A stretch of DNA of 64,000 nt from an uncultured Planctomycetia bacterium. GTDB taxonomy: Bacteria; Planctomycetota; Phycisphaerae; Phycisphaerales; SM1A02. Made by a program: the position numbers and the translations under genes. The notes under the pieces are model-generated. The model made no database searches and was not told the origin of the DNA. It worked only from the letters and a program-made list of their open reading frames with translations. The stretch lies in contig CALMPF010000023.1 in assembly GCA_937871505.1 (NCBI GenBank), positions 471-64,470 on the forward strand, written 5' to 3'. Below, piece by piece: positions 57,034-64,000 of the stretch. Position 1 is the stretch's first letter. Every line of letters begins with the position of its first letter.

Positions 57034-58977
57034 TCACAGTGGCGGAAGCAGGAGCGTCGCGGCCCCGGGTCCCACCGGGAGCCCCAGGACGAAGACCCAG
57101 AGGTAGAACAGGACGATCCACCCGGCGAGGAACGCGATCGAGTAGGGGAGCATGGTCGAGATCATGGTCCCGATGCCCAGGCGCCGGTCGTAGCGGCAGG
57201 CGAAGGCGTAGACGATGCCGAAGTAGCTCATCATCGGAGTGACGATGTTGGTCGAGGAGTCGCCGATCCGATACGCCGCCTGGATCACCTCGGGGGCGTA
57301 GCCGACGCGCATGAGCATCGGGACGAAGATCGGGGCCATCACGGCCCACTGCGCCGAGGCGCTGCCGAGCATGAGATTGATGAAGGCGCAGAGCAGGATG
57401 AAGGGAAGAAAGACCAGCGCGTTGTCGAGGCGCAGCGCGATGATCGCGTCCGACCCGACGACGGCGACGATCGAGCCGAGCCGGGTCTGATCGAAGAAGG
57501 CGACGAACTGCGCCGCGAAGAAGACCAGGACGATGTAGAGCCCCATCGAGCCGATCGTCGAGCTCATCGCGGTGATGACGTCGCGATCGTCCTTGATCGT
57601 CCCCACGGCTCGGCCGTAGACGATCCCGGGCACGATGAAGAAGACCAGGAGCAGGGCGACGATGCCGCGCGTGAAGGGAGAGTGGAGGAGGTCGCCGGTC
57701 TCGGGATTGCGGAGCACGCCATACCCCGGGAGAAGATCGAGCGCCGCGTTGATGCGACCCGCGGCGCCCTCCTGCCGCGGGAGCACGAGGACGACCGTCA
57801 CCCGCCGGAGCGCTCCCGCCTCGGACGCGGCGCCGGCGAGCGCCGCGCCCTCGATGGCGGCGGCGGCGCGGCGTTCGGCGTCCCACTCCCGGGCCTCTGC
57901 GAGCGCTGTTCCTCTGGCGACCTCGAGCTCGACGCTCGGCCGCGGCCCGGCAATCCAGAGGAACCCGAGGCTGACCAGCAGCGCCGCGACCGCGGCCCTG
58001 CGAAGTCCTCGCCGCTCCTGAGCCGCGAGCGGATCCACGGTGATCGTCCGCTCGATCCCCTCCTCGGCGCGCGCTCCGTCGAAGCGGCCGAGGCGGGGCT
58101 CGACCACCAGCGCCGTCACGGCGGTGCCGACGATCGTGATGAAGAACGTGCTCACGACCATGAAGTACCAGTTGACCGCTGCGTGGACCTCGTAGGTGGG
58201 GTCGTAGAGCCGCGCCGCCTCCTCGGTGATTCCGGCCAGCAGCGGATCGATCGTGCCGAGCAGGAGGTTGGCGCTGTAGCCCCCCGAGACCCCCGCGAAG
58301 GTCGCTGCGAGCCCGGCGAGGGGATGGCGGCCGAGGGCGTGGAAGATCGCGGCCCCCATCGGCACGAGCACGACGTAGCCCATCTCGCTGGCGGTGTTGG
58401 AGAGGACGCCGGCGAGGACGAGCGACGCGGTGACCATCGTCCTCGGCGCGCCGAGGACGACCAGGCGCACTGCGGCGGAGAGGAGACCGCTGCGCTCCGC
58501 GACCCCGACGCCGAGCAGCGCGACGAGGACGGTTCCCAGCGGCGCGAAGCCGACGAAGTTGCGCACGAGGTTCTCGACGATCCAGCGCGCACCCTCGCCG
58601 TTCATCAGCGATCGCGCCGCGATGATGCCGTCCTCGGAGCGCCCCGGCGCGCCGGGAGGTCGGGGGTCCTCCACCGCGACGCCCAGCGCCGCCGCGGCGG
58701 CGCCGAGCACGATCGTCCCGAGGGCGAAGAGCGCAAAGAGCGTGACCGGATGCGGAAGCAGGTTCCCCAGCCGCTCGACGATGCCGAGGAGCCGCGCCCC
58801 CAAAGCGGCGCGGGAGGCGGCGCCGGACGCGGCGGGGGGTGCGGATCCGGCTGCATCGCGCGGCGCGGCGCCCTCGCCGCGCTCGCTTTCCGCAGCGGAG
58901 GAGGCGGAATCGGGCGGCGCGGAGGGGCGGCTCGGCACGGCGCCGGAGGAAGCGTCGCGACGGGGCGTCCGGGGCAT
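57034..58977 (-). CDS. AbgT-family transporter (p-aminobenzoyl-glutamate/antimetabolite efflux type)
   Basis: VERLGNLLPHPVTLFALFA, NFVGFAPLGTVLVALLGVGVAERSG and GYSANLLLGTIDPLLAGIT are typical AbgT blocks. Confidence 0.75.
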   Translation of the reverse strand: MPRTPRRDASSGAVPSRPSAPPDSASSAAESERGEGAAPRDAAGSAPPAASGAASRAALGARLLGIVERLGNLLPHPVTLFALFALGTIVLGAAAAALGVAVEDPRPPGAPGRSEDGIIAARSLMNGEGARWIVENLVRNFVGFAPLGTVLVALLGVGVAERSGLLSAAVRLVVLGAPRTMVTASLVLAGVLSNTASEMGYVVLVPMGAAIFHALGRHPLAGLAATFAGVSGGYSANLLLGTIDPLLAGITEEAARLYDPTYEVHAAVNWYFMVVSTFFITIVGTAVTALVVEPRLGRFDGARAEEGIERTITVDPLAAQERRGLRRAAVAALLVSLGFLWIAGPRPSVELEVARGTALAEAREWDAERRAAAAIEGAALAGAASEAGALRRVTVVLVLPRQEGAAGRINAALDLLPGYGVLRNPETGDLLHSPFTRGIVALLLVFFIVPGIVYGRAVGTIKDDRDVITAMSSTIGSMGLYIVLVFFAAQFVAFFDQTRLGSIVAVVGSDAIIALRLDNALVFLPFILLCAFINLMLGSASAQWAVMAPIFVPMLMRVGYAPEVIQAAYRIGDSSTNIVTPMMSYFGIVYAFACRYDRRLGIGTMISTMLPYSIAFLAGWIVLFYLWVFVLGLPVGPGAATLLLPPL

Positions 58978-59211
58978 GGCTCGACGCTACGCGCTTCACC
59001 CCCCGCAAGCGCAACCGAAGCGCCGCCCGACCGCGATGCTCCATCGGCGCTCGCGCCGACTTGGCGCCGGGTCAGCGCCTCCGAAGCGCGCGGCTGACCG
59101 CGCGGCGGTCTGCTCTTGCGGCCGGACATTTCGCCGGCCACGCAACGCGAGCGCCGCCGGGCCTCCCCGACAGGGGGACCGCCGGCGCATCGACACAGGA
59201 GCCACTCACCG

Positions 59212-61188
59212 ATGACCACGACCACGCACGCACGGCTGCGCACCCTTCCGACTCCGGACCGCCCGGCACTCCGCCATCGCGCGGCGACCTCCGCCATCGC
59301 GGGAGCGCTGCTCGTCGCGGGAGGCGCCTTCGCCGGCCCCGAGACCCACCGCCTGACGATCCTGCACAACAACGACGGCGAGTCGCGCCTGATCAACGCC
59401 GGCGGCGGTCTCGCCGACTTCGGCGGCATCGCCCGCTTCGCGACCGTCGTGAACCAGCTCCGCGCCCAGGGCGAGGCCGAGGGGGGCGTGATGATGCTCT
59501 CCTCGGGAGACAACTTCCTCGCCGGTCCGGAGTGGAACGCCAGCCTCGCCAACGGCGTGCCCTACTTCGACGCCATCGGAATGCAGCTCATCGGCTACGA
59601 CGCCATCTGTCTCGGGAACCACGACTTCGACTTCGGGCCGCCGATCCTCGCCAACTTCGTCGAGAGCTTCACGGACGGCGTTCCGCTTCTCTCCTCGAAC
59701 CTCGACTTCTCCGGCGAGCCGGTCCTCCAGACGCTCTTCGACGCCGGTCGCATCGCCCGCAGCGTCGTCGTCGTGGTCGACGGCCGCGAGGTCGGCGTCG
59801 TCGGCGCGACGACGCCGGACCTGCCCTTCATCTCCTCGCCCGGGAACGTCGTGGTCGATCCGGCGGTGCTCGAGCGCATCCAGGAGGAGGTCGAAGCGCT
59901 CCAGTCCAAGGGAGTCCAGCGGATCATCGTGATCACGCATTTGCAGGGGATCTCGGTCGAGCTCGCGCTGGTCGGCCAGCTTCGCGGCGTCGATGTCCTG
60001 ATCGCCGGCGGAGGCTCCGAGCTGCTCTGGAATCCCGGGACGCTCCTGGTCCCCGGTGACGACATCGACGCGAACATGGACGGCGTGCCCGACCTCGCCA
60101 TCGGACCCTATCCGCTGCTGATCCCGGATGCGGATGGCCGCATCGTTCCCGTCGTGACCACGCGCGGCGACTACCGCTACGTCGGGCGGCTGATCGTCGA
60201 CTTCGACTCCGCGGGCGAGATCGTCGGCATCGACGCCGGCAGCGGCATCGTGCGCGTCGCGGGCGGCGCCCAGCCCGATGCCGTCCTCCCCGACCCGGTC
60301 GTCCAGGCGCTCGTCGTCGATCCGGTCGCCGCGGCGCTCGCGGAGCTGGCGGCCAACATCATCGCGACCTCCGAGGTGCCGCTGGACGGGACCAACACCG
60401 CGATCCGCTCGCGCGAGACGAACCTCGGAAATCTCTGCGCCGACAGCATGCTCTGGCAGGCCCGCGAGCTGGCGCCCGAGTTCGGTCTTCCCATCCCGGC
60501 CATCGCGCTCCAGAACGGCGGCGGGATCCGCAACAACAACGTCATCCCCGCCGGGGAGATCTCCGAGCTGACGACCTTCTCGATCCTGCCGTTCGCCAAC
60601 TTCGTCGCGATCCTGCCCTCGGTCCCGGCCGCGACGATCAAGGACGTCCTCGAGAACGCCGTGAGCCGCATCGCTCCGCCTCCGGGATTCCCCTCCGGCG
60701 GCAACGGGCGCTTCGCCCAGGTGGCCGGGCTGAGCTTCGAGTACGTCGTCGACATCCCGCCGGGATCGCGCGTCCGCAACGCCTTCCTCGACGACGGCCC
60801 CCCGCTGGTGCTCGACGGCGTCGTGCCCGCCGATGCGCCCGCGATCGCGGTGGCGACGATCAACTTCCTCGCCAACGGCGGCGACGAGTATCCCCTCGCC
60901 GGCCTGCCCTTCACCGCGCTGGGGGTCTCGTACCAGCAGGCCCTCGCGAACTACCTCGCCGGCCCCCTGGCGGGGGAGGTGCTCGCGGCGCAGTACCCCG
61001 AGGAGGGTGAGGGACGCATCGTCCGCATCGAGGTCGGCGCCGACCTCGACGGCAACGGCACCGTCGACGCCGCCGACCTGGCGATCCTGATCGGCCAGTG
61101 GGGCGGCCCCGGCAGCGCCGACCTCAATGGCGACGGGGCGGTGAACGCCGTCGATCTCGGCATCCTGCTCGCGAAGTTCTCCGGCTGA
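59212..61188 (+). CDS. Secreted 5'-nucleotidase/metallophosphatase (UshA-like) with a C-terminal dockerin-like motif
   Basis: Metallophosphatase motifs are ILHNNDGESRL, SSGDNF and GNHDFDFG. The C-terminal 5'-nucleotidase region includes RETNLGNLCADS. The protein ends with DLDGNGTVDAADLAILIGQWG..DLNGDGAVNAVDLGILLAKF. Confidence 0.75.
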   Translation: MTTTTHARLRTLPTPDRPALRHRAATSAIAGALLVAGGAFAGPETHRLTILHNNDGESRLINAGGGLADFGGIARFATVVNQLRAQGEAEGGVMMLSSGDNFLAGPEWNASLANGVPYFDAIGMQLIGYDAICLGNHDFDFGPPILANFVESFTDGVPLLSSNLDFSGEPVLQTLFDAGRIARSVVVVVDGREVGVVGATTPDLPFISSPGNVVVDPAVLERIQEEVEALQSKGVQRIIVITHLQGISVELALVGQLRGVDVLIAGGGSELLWNPGTLLVPGDDIDANMDGVPDLAIGPYPLLIPDADGRIVPVVTTRGDYRYVGRLIVDFDSAGEIVGIDAGSGIVRVAGGAQPDAVLPDPVVQALVVDPVAAALAELAANIIATSEVPLDGTNTAIRSRETNLGNLCADSMLWQARELAPEFGLPIPAIALQNGGGIRNNNVIPAGEISELTTFSILPFANFVAILPSVPAATIKDVLENAVSRIAPPPGFPSGGNGRFAQVAGLSFEYVVDIPPGSRVRNAFLDDGPPLVLDGVVPADAPAIAVATINFLANGGDEYPLAGLPFTALGVSYQQALANYLAGPLAGEVLAAQYPEEGEGRIVRIEVGADLDGNGTVDAADLAILIGQWGGPGSADLNGDGAVNAVDLGILLAKFSG

Positions 61189-61209
61189 GCGCCGACTGTT
61201 TGACTCTCT

Positions 61210-61246
61210 GCGACCGCCCCGGGCGCGCGGCGCCCGGGGCGGTCGC
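61210..61246 (+). terminator. Strong hairpin after the nucleotidase gene
   Basis: GCGACCGCCCCGGGCGC-gcg-GCGCCCGGGGCGGTCGC has a 17-bp stem and is followed by GTTC. Confidence 0.5.
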
Positions 61247-61584
61247 GTTCATCGAGACCGTCGACTGCGCGGGAGGGGCCGTCGCGTCACGCACTCCAGC
61301 GTCGCTCGGCGGCGGCGCACGCTTCGCCTCCGGGGAGTGCTCAGGAGGAGCAGCGACAACCGCGGGCGCCGACTGCTGCGCCGCGCGCGGTCGAGGCCCG
61401 AAGTCGCCCCACGTCGCCCTACGTCGCCCCACGTCGCCCGAGCTCGAGCGCTGTGAGCAGCGCGCCGGAGAGCCTCGTCCTCCCGCCGGGCCGTTCGGGC
61501 CGCCTGCCAGCACTCCACCGCCCCGTCCGCTCGCCGCGCCGGACTTCCGCGGCTCATCCAGTTGCGCTCTCAGGAGTCGCGCTC

Positions 61585-62418
61585 TCAGGAGTCGCGCGCG
61601 CGTCGCCCGAGAGCGGTCAGCACCGCCTCGACGACCGTCCGTGCCTGCTCCTTCTCTTCCAGGCCACCCAGCACGATGGGCTGGCGGTCGGCGCGGCCGT
61701 AGGGGAGTTGATGCGGCTGCCAGTGCGATGCGTCCATGACCACGGGCAGGATCGATCGGCCCTCGACCCCCCGATTGCCCCGCCGTTCGATCTCCCGCTC
61801 GCCTTCTCGACAGAGAGAGATCGCCCGGGCCACTTCCTCGCCGGTGTACCACCCCGAGTCCCAACTCGCGGAGACCAGGACCAGGAAGAGCCGCGTGCGG
61901 GCCATCGCTTCCTGGGTTCGACGGGGCCAGTCCGCGCCGGGCGGCAGGGAGGCCCGGTCGAGAAAGGCATCGACGCGATGCATGATCAGCGCTTCCCAGA
62001 GCCGTCGGGCGATGGCCCGATCGGCTCCGGCATGGATCACGAAGAGGTCCCAGTCCTTCTCCTCCGGTCCCACCTTGGGGATCGCGTCGGCTGCTGCATC
62101 GAGCACCTCGCCGGGGGTGACTGCCGAGAGCGGGCGCGTTCCGGCAGGCCCCAGTCCGACCGAGACGCGCTCCGCACCCGGCTCGGCCCGCAACGCCTTG
62201 AGCCAGCGCGAGACCCGTTCGAGCAGGCCGAGACGCTCGGCGAGATGCCAGGTGGCGAGGATTGCCGGGGGGATGCTCAGCAGGACCGTTGCCACCGCCG
62301 CAGCATCGCGTGTACCGGCGGTGGAAAGCCCTCTTTCCTCGCACTCGACGGTGAGCGCGGCGGAAGTCGCAGCGGCGAACGGCTTGGCTCCGACGTCAAC
62401 AGGAATCACCAGGTTCAT
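61585..62418 (-). CDS. TIR-domain protein with an ~130-aa N-terminal adaptor-like region
   Basis: The C-terminal half reads DWDLFVIHAGADRAIARRLWEALIMHRVDAFLDRASLPPGADWPRRTQEAMARTRLFLVLVSASWDSGWYTGEEV. This fits the TIR pattern (D.F.SH...D......L...L......F.D...l..G......i......S....v.l.S......S.W...E). ATG at 62418 follows GGAGGT, 23 nt after the TPR gene stop. Confidence 0.65.
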   Translation of the reverse strand: MNLVIPVDVGAKPFAAATSAALTVECEERGLSTAGTRDAAAVATVLLSIPPAILATWHLAERLGLLERVSRWLKALRAEPGAERVSVGLGPAGTRPLSAVTPGEVLDAAADAIPKVGPEEKDWDLFVIHAGADRAIARRLWEALIMHRVDAFLDRASLPPGADWPRRTQEAMARTRLFLVLVSASWDSGWYTGEEVARAISLCREGEREIERRGNRGVEGRSILPVVMDASHWQPHQLPYGRADRQPIVLGGLEEKEQARTVVEAVLTALGRRARDS

Positions 62419-62441
62419 GGCGGGATGACCTCCGATCGAAG

Positions 62442-64000
62442 TCAGTCGGAACGTCTTCGTCGGCGTAGCCCGGGCTCCTCCGGCCCGTCGCTGCCCGGCC
62501 CGGAGCCGGTCGCCTCCAGCGCCTTCAGCATGGCCGCGACCTGCTCCGCCTCGCCAGCCCGTCCCAACCGCCGCCACGCCTCCAGCGCAAGCCCGAGGAC
62601 CTCCCGAGCCCCGGCACCCTCGCCCGTGGCGGCCAGCACCTGACCGTAGACCGAGCCGACGACCGCGATGGCACCTACCGGGCCAATGCGACGCAGAAGA
62701 GGGAATGCCCGATCGAGGCGGCCCTTGGCCGCGACGAGGTCGCCTCTGGCCAGGTCGATCTGCGCGAGATCCCAGAGCGAGTTGGCGAGCCCGTCCGCGT
62801 CGCCCAGTCGTTCGAAGACGGCGAGCCTCTCGGTGTGAAGGCGCAAGGCCTCGTCGACCTCGCCCTTGGAAGCGCGAATGTGGGCGATGTCACCGAGTGT
62901 GACCGCCCGCTCGCAGGCGTCGCCGAGACGTTCGAAGACCGCGAGCCGCTCGGTGTGGAGGCGCAAGGCCTCGTCGACCTCGCCGTTCAAGGCGAGGATG
63001 CGGGCGATGTCACCGAGGGTCACCGCCCGCGAGCGGGCGTCGCCGAGGCGTTCGTAGACGGCCAGCTCCTCCTCGTGAAGGCGCAAGGCCTTGTCGAACT
63101 CGCCCTTCATGGCGCGAACGCGGGCGATGTGACCGAGGGTCACCGCCCGCGAGCGGAGGTCGCCGAGACGTTCGAAGACCTCGAGCACATCGAGCTGATG
63201 GCGCAGGGCCTCGTCGACTTCGCCCCCGTAGGCGCGGATGCGGGCGATGTCACCGAGGGCAAACGCCCATTCGCGGGCGTCGCCCAGTCGTTCGACGATC
63301 CCGAGCCTCTCGGTGTGAAGGCGCAAGGCCTCGTCGACCTCGCCCTTGGAGACGCGGATGCGGGCGATGTCACCGAGGGTCACCGCCTGCTCGCGGGCTT
63401 CGCCTAGACGCTCGAAGACCGCGAGCCTCTCGGTGTGAAGGCGCAAGGCCTCGTCGACCTCGCCCGTGTCGACGCGGATGCGGGCGATGTCACCGAGGGT
63501 CACCGCCCGCGAGCGGGCGTCGTTGATCTGCAAGAAGATGGCCTCGGCACGGGCAAGTCGATCAAGCGCTTCCTCTGGTTCGCCGCGCTGGGCCAGCGCC
63601 CGCCCTTCGAGCAGCAGCAAGCTGGCCTCGGTGTGGTGGTCGCCGGCTTCCAGTCGCTCTCGGGCCGCCGCGAGGATGTCGTCGAGCGGCTCCGGCGAGC
63701 GTCGGGCGAGAGCAGCCGCCTGCATCAGGATCCAACTTGTGCAGGGATGGTTGTGTTCGACCAGGAGGCGGCAGGCCCCGATGGCCAGCGGGCCGGTTCG
63801 GCGGGGATCATCGAGCCCGTCGAGCAAGGGAATGGCAACCTCCGTGGTGCGGACGAGGAGGTCCACGTCCTTGCGCTCGGCGGCGAGAAGGAAGGCCTGC
63901 ACAGCCACGATCGGATCGCGCCCCAGATCGTGCGTTCGAAGGAGGTCCAAGGCCTCGGGGAGGAGCGCCTGGCGCTCCTCCGGCAAGCGTGGAGACAGGT
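62442..64000 (-). CDS. TPR-repeat protein (C-terminal part; the 5' end is probably outside the window)
   Basis: There are at least 8 consecutive ~40-aa repeats of the type AVTLGDIARIRxxxGEVDEALRLHTERLAVFERLGDxRxx (TPR_10/12-like). The frame is open to the window edge. Confidence 0.7.
   Translation of the reverse strand, partial: LSPRLPEERQALLPEALDLLRTHDLGRDPIVAVQAFLLAAERKDVDLLVRTTEVAIPLLDGLDDPRRTGPLAIGACRLLVEHNHPCTSWILMQAAALARRSPEPLDDILAAARERLEAGDHHTEASLLLLEGRALAQRGEPEEALDRLARAEAIFLQINDARSRAVTLGDIARIRVDTGEVDEALRLHTERLAVFERLGEAREQAVTLGDIARIRVSKGEVDEALRLHTERLGIVERLGDAREWAFALGDIARIRAYGGEVDEALRHQLDVLEVFERLGDLRSRAVTLGHIARVRAMKGEFDKALRLHEEELAVYERLGDARSRAVTLGDIARILALNGEVDEALRLHTERLAVFERLGDACERAVTLGDIAHIRASKGEVDEALRLHTERLAVFERLGDADGLANSLWDLAQIDLARGDLVAAKGRLDRAFPLLRRIGPVGAIAVVGSVYGQVLAATGEGAGAREVLGLALEAWRRLGRAGEAEQVAAMLKALEATGSGPGSDGPEEPGLRRRRRSD
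62761..63540. repeat. 120-bp tandem periodicity (about 6.5 units) inside the TPR gene
   Basis: GGGCGATGT[C/G]ACCGAG recurs at 62882, 63002, 63122, 63242, 63362 and 63482, exactly 120 bp apart. Confidence 0.85.

Overview
High-GC (roughly 68-70%) bacterial window in two parts.

(1) Prophage, positions 295-41725. This is an integrated ~41.4-kb lambda/HK97-like tailed prophage. It is bounded by a 47-bp direct repeat that equals the 3' part of a tRNA-Lys(CTT) gene, with a tyrosine integrase and an AlpA-like excisionase at the right end.
- Early/replication block: RuvC-like resolvase, DnaA-domain-IV-like HTH, HTH replication initiator with internal iterons, and a ParB-methyltransferase fusion.
- Minus-strand cassette of small genes, each behind the same ~100-130-nt leader.
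- Complete morphogenesis block: TerS-like, GpA-type TerL, gpW-like, lambda-type portal, S78 protease-capsid fusion, tail tube, G/T chaperone, tape measure, tail tip/fibre.
- Accessory right arm: repeated hairpin modules, a divergent ribbon-helix-helix switch, a Csx16-like protein, a tRNA-Met(CAT) and a second ParB-like protein.
- Most striking item: a CRISPR array (8 x 36-bp repeats) inside the prophage, directly downstream of a 420-aa ORF. By eye that ORF is colinear with TnpB/Cas12f-type proteins but stops before the zinc-finger/RuvC-III segment. No cas1, cas2 or cas4 is visible anywhere in the window.

(2) Host DNA, positions 41726-64000. It carries a very long secA, an arsR-arsC-arsM operon flanked by a ~350-bp duplication, a GNAT gene, two secreted proteins with dockerin-like C-termini, a transglutaminase-like protein, two tandem porin paralogues and an AbgT transporter. 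At the window edge sits a TPR-repeat gene followed by a TIR-domain gene, a candidate defence pair.

Limits. Nearly all prophage genes are joined by ATGA/GTGA/ATGCTGA start-stop overlaps, and I used these overlaps to choose start codons. The many long ORFs opposite or out of frame with these genes are high-GC artefacts. All family assignments come from motif recognition by eye; no searches were run.
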